Virus record (IMG/VR): IMGVR_UViG_3300030330_001909
Coordinates: 1-48,954 of that record
DNA length: 48,954 bases
Origin: a virus
Taxonomy: Duplodnaviria > Caudoviricetes
Reading direction: 5' to 3' (one strand)
The position numbers and the translations under genes are program-made. Of the stretch, positions 16,024 through 26,165 are shown one piece after another (position 1 is the first letter of the stretch; each line of letters begins with the position of its first letter). The notes beneath the pieces are model-generated. The model made no database searches and was not told where the DNA came from. It saw only the letters and a list, made by a program, of their open reading frames with translations.

Positions 16024-17231
16024 GTTTTAAATTAAAACCTTTTTACGTAGACAATACAGTACCAGTTTTTAAAGTGCCCATGGAGAAAAATGTTTATGGT
16101 AAGGCTAATAATGACACCTCGTCTAACTCTGGTTTTAATATAAGCATAAATCAAAATATAAATGATACACCGACATTTATGAAAGTTGTAGAGCACGAAA
16201 ATCTACATATAGAACAAATGGCTAAAGGTGATATGGATTATGACGACGAATACGTATATTGGAAAGGACAAAAAATACCTAGAGCAAATATGCCTGAAGG
16301 TGCCCATGATTTACCATGGGAAGAAGAAGTATATGATAAAACAGATGTAGATATGAGTTTTAAAATGAGAGAGGGTAGTGGTAACCACCCAGCTTTTGCT
16401 AACTTGAGCGAAAGACAATTAATAAAATCAGCTAATGCTATGGCTTCACCATTGCATAATGAACCTGTTAGTAAAATACCTACTAAAGGAAGTAAAAAAG
16501 CAGAAGAACAAAAAGCTAACTTATCAAAAATAGGTAAAGAAAGAAAAGTAGAATTAAATCCTAATGATCCAGGTTATGGAGATCCAGACTTAGGTATTGA
16601 AAAGTTTACAGCACAATATGAGGCACCTACGCCAGAGTTAAAAAAGAAAGGCAATGAATATTGGGCAAGTTTATCTGAAGAAGAAAAGCAGAAAATAAGA
16701 GATAAAAAATCTAGATACGTTAAAGGTAAAATAAAAATAGAACCTCGTAAAGCTCAATTAATAGTTCAAGATAGGCCAGATCCTGAACCTATAAAAATTC
16801 CTATAGATCCTCCAGGAACAACAAACATTCCTAGAGAAAGAATTAAAACTAAAAGAGAAATAAAAAGAGAAACTCTTTCTCAATATGAGCCAGTGTCTAG
16901 AAATAGAAAAAGTATTGGTGGTTCGTTAGGTTTAAGAAATCAAAGAGGACAAATAAGAGAAAGTAAAGTTTTAACAAAAGTATTTGGTAGAAAAGACGTA
17001 ATGAGTCCAGAGGCTGAAGCTCACTATAACGAGCAACTTGCTAAGCGAAAAGAACAAAAGCATTATAATAGAAAACAAAACAAGTTTTTATCTAGTGACG
17101 AAAAGACAGCTGATTATAGAGATGAATATAATAACCCTGGTAATACTAAAGTAACTAGAACTAGCACAACTACTACCGAGCCAGTTGGTAATATGAAAGG
17201 TTATGCATATATAAGAAAAACTAATAGGTGA
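16020..17231 (+). CDS. Zincin-like HExxH metallopeptidase fused to a basic SPLH-motif region
   Basis: ISINQN...VVEHENLHIEQM...LPWEEEVY; then MSFKM...MASPLHNEP. Confidence 0.75.
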   Translation: MSFKLKPFYVDNTVPVFKVPMEKNVYGKANNDTSSNSGFNISINQNINDTPTFMKVVEHENLHIEQMAKGDMDYDDEYVYWKGQKIPRANMPEGAHDLPWEEEVYDKTDVDMSFKMREGSGNHPAFANLSERQLIKSANAMASPLHNEPVSKIPTKGSKKAEEQKANLSKIGKERKVELNPNDPGYGDPDLGIEKFTAQYEAPTPELKKKGNEYWASLSEEEKQKIRDKKSRYVKGKIKIEPRKAQLIVQDRPDPEPIKIPIDPPGTTNIPRERIKTKREIKRETLSQYEPVSRNRKSIGGSLGLRNQRGQIRESKVLTKVFGRKDVMSPEAEAHYNEQLAKRKEQKHYNRKQNKFLSSDEKTADYRDEYNNPGNTKVTRTSTTTTEPVGNMKGYAYIRKTNR

Positions 17232-17677
17232 AACAAAAAAAGAAGTTTAAAGAAACTAAAGTTGGAGCTTTTTTAACAGAAAAGGCTCCTAAACTAGTTT
17301 CACAACTTGGAGAGTTTTTACCTGATCAAGGTGGTCTTGGTATAGTAAAAAACATTATAACAAGTGATAATGATATTGAACCTAAAGACAAAGAAATAGC
17401 TTTAAAATTATTAGAACAAGATATAGCTGAAATGAGTAATATATCTAATAGATGGGCTAGTGATATGAGTAGTGACTCTTGGTTGAGCAAAAATACTAGG
17501 CCTATGACTCTTATTTTTCTTACTTTAGCTATGACAATATTTATAGTATTAGATTCAACAATACTATTGGAAATAAAAACAGGTTGGGTTTCATTACTAG
17601 AAGCTTTACTTATAACAGTTTATGTAGCATACTTTGGTAGCAGAGGTGCTGAAAAAATAACAAAAATAAAAAAATAA
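17228..17677 (+). CDS. Holin-like membrane protein (3TM/GTA holin-like)
   Basis: RWASDM.SDSWLSKNTRP, two TM helices, YFGSRGAEK. Confidence 0.75.
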   Translation: MKQKKKFKETKVGAFLTEKAPKLVSQLGEFLPDQGGLGIVKNIITSDNDIEPKDKEIALKLLEQDIAEMSNISNRWASDMSSDSWLSKNTRPMTLIFLTLAMTIFIVLDSTILLEIKTGWVSLLEALLITVYVAYFGSRGAEKITKIKK

Positions 17678-17681
17678 TAAA

Positions 17682-18047
17682 ATGGCAATAATTAACGAAG
17701 TTGATATAGCTGGTGCTGTAGGTGAAATGCAAGCGCAGCCTAGAATGTTTGCTCACGACGCCGTGTCTTTAACTATACCTACAGGTGCAGGTGTTTATGT
17801 AGATGTATTTGACGTTGCTAGCACCGTAACTCCACCAACACCAGCTGATGGTGATGAGGTAAGAGTACTTCAAAGAGGTGCTTGTCTATACGTAGGTGGT
17901 CTAGGAGATGTAGTTGTTGAAATGGAAAGTGGAACAAAAGTTACATTCGCAAATGTTGCAGCGGGTTCTTTTTTACCAATACAAGTTACAAAAGTATATT
18001 CTGATACTGACGGAACTACCGCAACAGATATATTAGCATTATTTTAA
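17682..18047 (+). CDS. Head spike base-like protein (RcGTA Rcc01079-like)
   Basis: LYVGGLGDVVV...VTFANVAAGSFLPIQVTKVY...TTATDILAL. Confidence 0.75.
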   Translation: MAIINEVDIAGAVGEMQAQPRMFAHDAVSLTIPTGAGVYVDVFDVASTVTPPTPADGDEVRVLQRGACLYVGGLGDVVVEMESGTKVTFANVAAGSFLPIQVTKVYSDTDGTTATDILALF

Positions 18048-18050
18048 ACT

Positions 18051-18206
18051 ATGTGGATAAGTATATTAAACACTATACCAACTGTTTCTAATTTACCTGG
18101 ACAAGGTGGAGGAGTAACACCTCCTGCAGGAAACTTTGTAGAATTAGAACCTAATCTTTTTTTAGTAGAACTAGAAGCAAGCACTGATCTTGTTGAATTA
18201 GAATAA
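18051..18206 (+). CDS. Small structural linker protein, 51 aa, with three VELE repeats
   Basis: MWISILNTIPTVSNLPGQGGG...FVELE...LVELE...LVELE. Confidence 0.65.
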   Translation: MWISILNTIPTVSNLPGQGGGVTPPAGNFVELEPNLFLVELEASTDLVELE

Positions 18207-18216
18207 ATAAATAAAA

Positions 18217-20187
18217 ATGGCAAATAAAAAAATAAGTGCATTTACAACTGTTACAGACGGACAGGGTAGTAAACCTGATGTTAGAAACTTAAGTGCTATA
18301 GCAGGTGTAGAAGGAGCTGCAAATGCTAAAATATCTGGAGCTGAATTAGTAAGTAGTGTTATAAATAGCAACAACTCAGGTGGTGCGTCTATTGTTCCTC
18401 ATAGAGTTACTTTTTATAATGCTAACGGAGAAAGCTTAGCTGGTAGTGAAAACTTTTCTTGGGATAATAATACAGCTACTTTAAGTGTTAATAATTTATC
18501 AGGTGGTCCAGTTGTAGGAAGACTTGATCTTACACATGAAACAATTTCGCAATCAAATGACTCTGGATTAACAATAACTACTGATGATGAATTAGTTATT
18601 GAATCTACTGGTGGTTTTACATCTTATATTACGTTACAAACTCCAGCTAATGGAGGAGGTATACGGCAAGTAGGTAAAGGATTATATGATATAAGAGGTA
18701 TTTCAGCTACTTCAGGTCCCGATGAGTGGTTGGTATATGGTCAATATACTGGTGGTGGTGTTGGTGATGGCACAGATATATACCTTAACAATTACGGAGG
18801 TTATGATGCTGCTACTGGAAATAATGGCGCTAGAATAAGAATGACTTCAGGTAATGAAACAGAAATAACTACTGGTAATCCTGGTAATAATCAAGCTGGT
18901 GGTTATATTACTATAGAGCCAATAGGTAATGATTTAAATTTAAAAACTAGAGATGGTGTAGGACAACCTAATAATACTCCATATCCGGGTGGAAATATAA
19001 ATTTATCTCCACAATCTGGACAAGTTAATGTTTCTAGTGATATAGAATTTAAAGCTGATATAAAAGATGGAGGAGGTGCTACTGGAACTTCTGGGCAATT
19101 GTTAAGATCAAACGGAACAGGTAATGGTGTAGAGTGGGTCACTGTCTCAAGTGGTGGTGGTATTGATTTTAGTAGTGTTAATGTATTAACTCCAGCTGAT
19201 ATAACTCAATCTAGTCAAACACAATATGGAACTGCTATAACAGTTACTGCAGCAGCTAACATTACTAATGGAGAAATAGTAATATGGGATTATTCTAATG
19301 GAAATGTTAGAGCTAATATACCATCGTCATTACCTGGTCAAAGCGAAATAATTGGTGTAGCAATTCAAGATATAGCTTCAGGTAACACAGGTAAAGTTTT
19401 AATATATGGATATGCCACTGTATCTGGAGTATATTCGGTTTCAAGTGGTTTTTTAAATCAAACTAATACTATTAATTTTCCTACTGGCTCCAATAATTCA
19501 CCAGGTTCTACAGTAGTTTCATTACCAACTGGAGCAAATGAATATATTACTTTGTTTGATGCTGGTGGACCAGGAAGTGGTGATTCTGGAAATAATCAAG
19601 TTTCATCAGTAAGACTTGATGCTGGAGCTGGAAATACTGTTAAAATGAAAATAAAAGGTTTTGATTTTGAATATTCAACTTCAAGTGGTGGTAGGCTATT
19701 GGATAGACTTCAAATTAGAGTAGGTCCAAACGCTAACAGCTTATCAAATGCTACATTAACACCAGGTGCAACAGGTTCAGGCTCAACTAACAATAATAAT
19801 GGATGGGTACAAATGAATGACTTTTTTGGTAATGACCAAGTTGTGAATGGCCCTTATAACCCAAGTGAAGGTAATGTTTTTCCAAGGGATCCAGGTGTTG
19901 GTGGAACCGGTCCAGACATAGATGACGAATTTGATCTTGGTCAACAAGTCGCTCAATTTGATTTTGTAAGTGATGGTTCAGTTCAAGGTGAATTTGAACT
20001 TCAAATAGCTTCAAGTCAATCTCAAACAGTTACTAACACTACTCCAGGAGCTGGAATATATTTAGATGGTACAAACTTTGAACAAGCAACAAATAATACA
20101 TCTACTGCTAGATATATAGGAGCAGCTACAGGTAGTACATTTGCTGATGAAAAATTTGTAATATTCGTAGCACCGCCAAGGGTGTAA
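18217..20187 (+). CDS. Fibre/spike protein with CUB-like domain
   Basis: MANKKIS N-terminus; GTSGQLLRSNG..VEW fibre motif; CUB-like motifs at about 19546-20013. Confidence 0.75.
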   Translation: MANKKISAFTTVTDGQGSKPDVRNLSAIAGVEGAANAKISGAELVSSVINSNNSGGASIVPHRVTFYNANGESLAGSENFSWDNNTATLSVNNLSGGPVVGRLDLTHETISQSNDSGLTITTDDELVIESTGGFTSYITLQTPANGGGIRQVGKGLYDIRGISATSGPDEWLVYGQYTGGGVGDGTDIYLNNYGGYDAATGNNGARIRMTSGNETEITTGNPGNNQAGGYITIEPIGNDLNLKTRDGVGQPNNTPYPGGNINLSPQSGQVNVSSDIEFKADIKDGGGATGTSGQLLRSNGTGNGVEWVTVSSGGGIDFSSVNVLTPADITQSSQTQYGTAITVTAAANITNGEIVIWDYSNGNVRANIPSSLPGQSEIIGVAIQDIASGNTGKVLIYGYATVSGVYSVSSGFLNQTNTINFPTGSNNSPGSTVVSLPTGANEYITLFDAGGPGSGDSGNNQVSSVRLDAGAGNTVKMKIKGFDFEYSTSSGGRLLDRLQIRVGPNANSLSNATLTPGATGSGSTNNNNGWVQMNDFFGNDQVVNGPYNPSEGNVFPRDPGVGGTGPDIDDEFDLGQQVAQFDFVSDGSVQGEFELQIASSQSQTVTNTTPGAGIYLDGTNFEQATNNTSTARYIGAATGSTFADEKFVIFVAPPRV

Positions 20188-20214
20188 TAAAAACAAACAA
20201 TTAAATTTAATAAA

Positions 20215-20466
20215 ATGAAAATAAAAGAAGAACAATTAAAAAAAATAACAGAGCAACAAAACCAATTAAATGATTTAGTAACAGAAATTGGTGTGTTAGA
20301 AACAAAAAAACACGCTTTGTTACATGAGATAGCTGGTGTCAATAAAGATATTGAAGATATGAAAACTGAGCTACAAGAAGAGTATGGTGCTATCAATATA
20401 AATCTTAAAGATGGTACATACACTAAAATAGATAATGAAGAAGAACCAGCCGTAGCTCATGTCTAA
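20215..20466 (+). CDS. Coiled-coil protein (possible fibre chaperone)
   Basis: 83 aa heptad pattern then YG.ININL.DG.Y. Confidence 0.7.
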   Translation: MKIKEEQLKKITEQQNQLNDLVTEIGVLETKKHALLHEIAGVNKDIEDMKTELQEEYGAININLKDGTYTKIDNEEEPAVAHV

Positions 20467-20683
20467 TATAAGAAAAATTAGTATTGGATCTGATTATAAA
20501 AATGATGCTATGCATTATTCTATAGGTCAAGAAGTTTATGGTGGTCATACTATTTGTGATATATTAAACAACGAAGAAAGCGGAGAATATTCTATTTATA
20601 TTAAAAAAAATAATGAAGTATTACCGTGGAAAAAGTTTAATAGAAATATGGCTGTATCTGTTGAGTTTGATTTAAACTATTAA
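20459..20683 (+). CDS. Hypothetical protein
   Basis: 74-aa ORF. Confidence 0.8.
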   Translation: MSNIRKISIGSDYKNDAMHYSIGQEVYGGHTICDILNNEESGEYSIYIKKNNEVLPWKKFNRNMAVSVEFDLNY

Positions 20684-21291
20684 TGAAATCTTTATACAGT
20701 TTTATTATTAAACCGTTTGAAAAAAGGTATGATAATGTAAAAAAAATAGGAGATAAATCTCTTATTTTAAATACTAGTATTGAACCTCACGAGTTTGTTA
20801 GTAAAAAAGCTGTAGTTGTTTCTACTCCTGCAGCTTTTAATACTGATACAAAAATAGGTGATATAGTATATGTGCATCACAATATATTTAGAAGATGGTA
20901 TGATCAAAAAGGTAGAGAACGTAATAGTTCTACTTATTTCAAAGATGATTTATACTTTTGTAATCTAAGTCAAGTATACGCGTATAAACAAGATGGTAAA
21001 TTAAAATGCCATTGGAAATATTGTTTTGTATCTCCTATTAAAAATAACAATACTCTAACAACAGATAAAGAACAAAACCATATTGGGATATTAAAATATT
21101 CTAATAAGTTCTTAGATGATCTAGGATTAAAACCTGGAGCACTTATTACGTTTACACCTAATTCAGAGTTTGAATTTATTATAGATGGTGAACGACTTTA
21201 TTGTATGAAATTTAATGATATAGCCCTTACACATGAATACGAAGGAAACGAGAAAGAATATAATCCAAGCTGGGCGCAAAGCTGTAATTGA
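20683..21291 (+). CDS. Tandem GroES-like protein
   Basis: Two GroES-like units: KAVVVSTP...IGDIVYV and GILKY...LKPGALITF...IDGERLYCMKFNDI. Confidence 0.65.
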   Translation: MKSLYSFIIKPFEKRYDNVKKIGDKSLILNTSIEPHEFVSKKAVVVSTPAAFNTDTKIGDIVYVHHNIFRRWYDQKGRERNSSTYFKDDLYFCNLSQVYAYKQDGKLKCHWKYCFVSPIKNNNTLTTDKEQNHIGILKYSNKFLDDLGLKPGALITFTPNSEFEFIIDGERLYCMKFNDIALTHEYEGNEKEYNPSWAQSCN

Positions 21292-21508
21292 GTTAATCAA
21301 AGTAGCTGAAGAAAAAATAATTACAAATACAGAAGATGATGTAGCTGCAGATCGTTTAAAAAATGCAGCTGCAACTAAAAAACTTTGTATTATGGATGCG
21401 TTTGAAATACTCCAACGTATTGAAGAAGAGCAAAACATTTTAGATGGAGTTGACAAAAATAAACAAACAAAGACGTTTAAAGGTTTTGCTGAAGGGAGGA
21501 GTAAATGA
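21233..21508 (+). CDS. Putative terminase small subunit
   Basis: 91 aa, helical, overlaps the terminase large subunit start. Confidence 0.5.
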   Translation: MNTKETRKNIIQAGRKAVIELIKVAEEKIITNTEDDVAADRLKNAAATKKLCIMDAFEILQRIEEEQNILDGVDKNKQTKTFKGFAEGRSK

Positions 21509-23730
21509 GTTATAAACAAACTCTTTGGTCAGATATTACTAATATTATAAATCCTAAAATACTTAAAAAAAATAATAGGTATAAAAAATGGAATTATGGA
21601 TATAATAGTGAATATGACTTTGTATGTATAAGTAAAAGCGGTAAAATTGGACAAATCATTGAGATACAAAATTTACGCATTGCATTACCAGCAGAGCGTA
21701 AATCTTATAAACGAAGCGAAGATAAAGCGGAACAATACTGGCAAAGATTTAAATACCCGCAAGAACTTGCTAAAATAAAAAATAGATTTGATTGGGAAGA
21801 TTATCCTATAAGCTTTAAAGAAAAATGGTACGATTATATTGATGAAGAATTTAGACGTAGAGAAGAAGGTTTTCATTTTTACAACAACGGTGTTTCTACT
21901 TATATTACAGGTACTCATTATATGTACTTGCAATGGTCAAAAATCGACGTTGGTGCACCCGAATATAGAGAAGCAAATAGGTTATTCTTTATATTCTGGC
22001 AAGCATGTAAAGCCGATGACAGATGTTACGGGATGTGTTATCTTAAAAACAGACGGTCTGGTTTCTCCTTTATGGCATCAGCAGAGCTTGTTAACTTGGC
22101 AACAATATCAAGTGATTCAAGATTTGGAATATTATCTAAGACAGGTGCAGACGCCAAAAAAATGTTTACAGATAAAGTTGTGCCAATATCCGTTAACTAT
22201 CCGTTTTTCTTCAAACCAATACAAGATGGTATGGACCGGCCAAAAACTGAACTGGCATATAGGGTTCCTGCCGCCAAACTTACTAGAAGAAAGTTACAGG
22301 AAAATATTAAAGAACTAGACTTAGAAGGTTTAGATACAACTATTGATTGGAAAAATACAGGTGATAACTCTTACGATGGTGAAAAGTTAAAACTATTAGC
22401 ACATGATGAAAGTGGTAAATGGGAAAGACCTGATAATATATTAAACAATTGGAGAGTTACAAAAACTACACTAAGACTAGGATCGAGAGTTGTAGGTAAG
22501 TGTATGATGGGATCAACTTCAAATTCATTAGATAAAGGTGGAGAAAACTTTAAAAAATTATACTACAATAGCGACGTTACAAAAAGAAATAAAAACGGAC
22601 AAACATCTTCTGGGCTCTATAGTTTGTTCATACCTATGGAGTGGAACTACGAAGGATTCATGGATACTTATGGATTACCTGTCTTCACTGGAGAAAAAGG
22701 TTCAGTCAAAGGAATTGATGGTTATGAAATTACAACAGGAGTTATCGAACATTGGGAAAACGAAGTCGATGGATTAAAAAACGATACTGATAGTTTAAAT
22801 GAATACTATAGACAATTTCCAAGAACAGAGCAACACGCTTTTAGAGATGAAGCTAAAAATAGTTTATTTAACTTAACTAAGATATATCAACAGATAGATT
22901 ATAACGAAGAACTAGCTAATAGCTTTAATGTTACTAGAGGTTCTTTTATGTGGCAAAATGGTATAAAAGATACACAAGTTATTTTTTCACCTAACAAAGA
23001 CGGTAGATTTTTAATATCATGGGTACCACCTAAAAATCTTCAAAATCAAGTGATTTTAAAAAATGGAGTAAAACATCCAGGTAACGAACACATAGGTGCT
23101 TTTGGATGTGATAGTTATGATATATCAGGAACTGTTGATGGTAAAGGATCTAACGGTGCATTGCATGGATTAACTAAATTTTCAATGGAAGATGCACCAC
23201 CTAATCATTTTTTTCTTGAATATATAGCTAGACCACAAACTGCTGAAATATTTTTTGAAGATGTTCTAATGTCATGTGTTTTTTACGGTATGCCTATACT
23301 TGCAGAAAACAATAAACCTAGATTACTATATTATTTTAAGCGTAGAGGATATAGAGCATTTTCAATAAATAGACCTGATAAAGTTTGGAATAAATTATCT
23401 ACTACAGAAAAAGAAATAGGTGGTATACCAAACACAAGTGAAGATATTAAGCAAGCTCATGCAGCAGCTGTAGAAAGTTATATTGAAGAATATGTAGGAA
23501 ATTTAGGAGAAGCATATGGTGATATGTATTTTCAAAAAACATTAGAAGATTGGGCAAAGTTTAATATAAATAATAGAACAAAATATGATGCTACAATTAG
23601 CTCAGGTTTAGCTATTATGGCTTGTAATAAAAATAGATATACACCAGTGGCTAAAAGATCAATTAAAAGTATAGACTTAGGTATTAAAAGATATGACAAC
23701 AAAGGATCACTTTCAAAATTAATTAAATAA
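21505..23730 (+). CDS. terL: Terminase large subunit
   Basis: Walker A-like KNRRSGFS, Walker B LLAHDESGK, motif III MGST, nuclease GCDSYD, ENN, YDATI. Confidence 0.92.
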   Translation: MSYKQTLWSDITNIINPKILKKNNRYKKWNYGYNSEYDFVCISKSGKIGQIIEIQNLRIALPAERKSYKRSEDKAEQYWQRFKYPQELAKIKNRFDWEDYPISFKEKWYDYIDEEFRRREEGFHFYNNGVSTYITGTHYMYLQWSKIDVGAPEYREANRLFFIFWQACKADDRCYGMCYLKNRRSGFSFMASAELVNLATISSDSRFGILSKTGADAKKMFTDKVVPISVNYPFFFKPIQDGMDRPKTELAYRVPAAKLTRRKLQENIKELDLEGLDTTIDWKNTGDNSYDGEKLKLLAHDESGKWERPDNILNNWRVTKTTLRLGSRVVGKCMMGSTSNSLDKGGENFKKLYYNSDVTKRNKNGQTSSGLYSLFIPMEWNYEGFMDTYGLPVFTGEKGSVKGIDGYEITTGVIEHWENEVDGLKNDTDSLNEYYRQFPRTEQHAFRDEAKNSLFNLTKIYQQIDYNEELANSFNVTRGSFMWQNGIKDTQVIFSPNKDGRFLISWVPPKNLQNQVILKNGVKHPGNEHIGAFGCDSYDISGTVDGKGSNGALHGLTKFSMEDAPPNHFFLEYIARPQTAEIFFEDVLMSCVFYGMPILAENNKPRLLYYFKRRGYRAFSINRPDKVWNKLSTTEKEIGGIPNTSEDIKQAHAAAVESYIEEYVGNLGEAYGDMYFQKTLEDWAKFNINNRTKYDATISSGLAIMACNKNRYTPVAKRSIKSIDLGIKRYDNKGSLSKLIK

Positions 23731-26141
23731 TGATTATAACTGATAGTAATAGTATATTTCCAGATCAGGTAGTTCCAGAAGAAGTTAAAGCAAGTTACGA
23801 ATATGGTTTACAAGTAGGTAAAGCTATTGAAGGTGATTGGTTTAGTGGAACAAGAACTGGTTTAGGTAATAGATACTCAACACAATATAACAACTTTAGA
23901 AATTTAAGATTATACGCACGAGCAGAACAATCTATACAAAAGTATAAAGATGAATTATCTATAAATGGAGATTTATCGTATCTTAATTTAGACTGGAAAC
24001 CTATACCTGTACTACCTAAATTTGTAGATATAGTTGTTAATGGTATGTCTGAAAAGATATATGAAGTTAAAGCATATGCACAAGATCCTGAGAGTTTAAA
24101 ACAAAGAACTACATATGCTCAAAACATAATAATGGATATTGAAACTAAAGATTTTATTGACACTGTTAATAGTGCTTTAGGTGTAGATTTACATTCGTCA
24201 GCTGATCCTGCCAATATGCCTCAAACGAAAGAAGAGCTTGATGTTCATATGCAGTTAGATTACAAACAGTCTGTAGAAATAGCAGAGGAAGAATTAATAA
24301 GCAATGTACTTGATTTTAATAAGTACGAGTTAACTAGACGTAGAATTAATTACGATCTTACAGTTTTAGGTATTGGCGCTGTAAAAACTTGTTGGAATAA
24401 AGCTGAAGGTGTAACTGTAGATTATGTTGATCCTGCTCATATTGTATACTCATATACTGATGATCCTAATTTTGAAGATATATGGTATGTAGGTGAAGTA
24501 AAAAGATTAAGCTTAGCTGACTTAAAAAAAGAGTTTCCTAATTTAACAAATGAACAACTAGAACGTATACAAAAATACCCTAATAATAGTAGTTATGTTT
24601 TTGATTATAACGCTAGAAATGATGGCAATAGTATATACGTCTTGTATTTTGAATATAAAACCTATCATGATCAAGTATTTAAAATAAAACAAACTAATAC
24701 AGGATTAGAAAAAGCTTTAGAAAAGCCTGACACATTTAATCCACCTGCTAACGATAATTTTGATAGAGTTTCAAGATCAATTGAAGTTCTTTATAGCGGT
24801 GCAAAAATACTAGGGCACGATGATTTATTAAGATGGGAGTTAGCTAAAAATATGACAAGGCCTACTTCTAATTTAGTCAAAGTTAATATGAATTATAATA
24901 TATGCGCACCACGCATGTATAAAGGCAGAATAGAAAGTTTAGTAAGTAGAATTACAGGCTTTGCTGACATGATACAATTAACACATTTGAAGTTACAGCA
25001 AGTAATGTCTAGAGTAGTACCTGATGGAGTATACTTAGACGCTGATGGTTTAGCTGAAGTAGATTTGGGTAATGGAACTAGTTATAATCCACAAGAAGCT
25101 TTAAATATGTATTTTCAAACTGGTAGTATCATTGGTAGATCAATGACTCAGGATGGAGGCATGAATCCAGGTAAAGTACCTATACAAGAATTATCTACTA
25201 ACAGTGGTCAAGCTAAAATACAATCGTTAATAAGTACTTATCAATATTATTTACAAATGATAAGAGATGTTACCGGTCTTAATGAAGCTAGAGATGGTAG
25301 CGCACCAGCTAAAGACGCGCTTGTAGGTTTACAAAAACTAGCTATAGCAAATTCAAATACAGCCACTAGACATTTAGTACAAGCTAGTATGTATCTAACT
25401 GCTAAGACTTGTGAAAATATAGCTTTACGAGTTAATGATACTTTAGAGTTTGATTTAACAAAAGAATCGTTAAGATCTGCAATAAGTAGTTATAATGTTG
25501 GTACATTAGAAGATTTATACAATTTAAATATATTTGATTTTGGTATTTATCTAGAATTAAAACCTGATGAAGAAGAAAAAGCTCAGCTAGAACAAAACAT
25601 ACAAGTGGCTTTACAGTCAGGTCAAATATACTTAGAAGATGCTATTGATATTAGAAATGTAAATAATATTAAATTAGCTAATCAATTGTTAAAGTTTAGA
25701 AGAAAGAAAAAACAACAACAAGATCAACAAGCTCAACAAGCTAATATACAGGCTCAAGCACAAGCAAACGCTCAAGCTACTGAAGCTGCAGCAGTTGCAG
25801 AAGTGCAAAAACAACAGGCTTTGGCAGACACTCAAGTGCAAATAGAAACAGCTAAAAATAACTTACAAATTACTAAGTTAGAAAGAGAAGCAGAAGTTAA
25901 AAGACAATTAATGGAAATTGAGTTTGATTTTAACATGCAATTAACTAGAGCAAGAGCAGAAGCAGAAGCTACAAGAGAAAAAGAAATAGAAGATAGAAAA
26001 GATAAAAGAACTAGAATATCAGGTTCTCAACAATCACAAATGATTGATCAAAGAAAAAATGACTCATTGCCTATAAATTTTGAATCAGCAGGTAATGATA
26101 CATTAGGTGGATTTGGACTAGAACAGTTTGCTCCACAATAA
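23730..26141 (+). CDS. Portal protein
   Basis: 803 aa after TerL; PVLPKFVDIVVNG, IRDVTGLNEARDG, Q/A-rich C-terminal barrel (P22-like). Confidence 0.9.
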   Translation: MIITDSNSIFPDQVVPEEVKASYEYGLQVGKAIEGDWFSGTRTGLGNRYSTQYNNFRNLRLYARAEQSIQKYKDELSINGDLSYLNLDWKPIPVLPKFVDIVVNGMSEKIYEVKAYAQDPESLKQRTTYAQNIIMDIETKDFIDTVNSALGVDLHSSADPANMPQTKEELDVHMQLDYKQSVEIAEEELISNVLDFNKYELTRRRINYDLTVLGIGAVKTCWNKAEGVTVDYVDPAHIVYSYTDDPNFEDIWYVGEVKRLSLADLKKEFPNLTNEQLERIQKYPNNSSYVFDYNARNDGNSIYVLYFEYKTYHDQVFKIKQTNTGLEKALEKPDTFNPPANDNFDRVSRSIEVLYSGAKILGHDDLLRWELAKNMTRPTSNLVKVNMNYNICAPRMYKGRIESLVSRITGFADMIQLTHLKLQQVMSRVVPDGVYLDADGLAEVDLGNGTSYNPQEALNMYFQTGSIIGRSMTQDGGMNPGKVPIQELSTNSGQAKIQSLISTYQYYLQMIRDVTGLNEARDGSAPAKDALVGLQKLAIANSNTATRHLVQASMYLTAKTCENIALRVNDTLEFDLTKESLRSAISSYNVGTLEDLYNLNIFDFGIYLELKPDEEEKAQLEQNIQVALQSGQIYLEDAIDIRNVNNIKLANQLLKFRRKKKQQQDQQAQQANIQAQAQANAQATEAAAVAEVQKQQALADTQVQIETAKNNLQITKLEREAEVKRQLMEIEFDFNMQLTRARAEAEATREKEIEDRKDKRTRISGSQQSQMIDQRKNDSLPINFESAGNDTLGGFGLEQFAPQ

Positions 26142-26165
26142 CGTTTAATTATATAATATTATATT

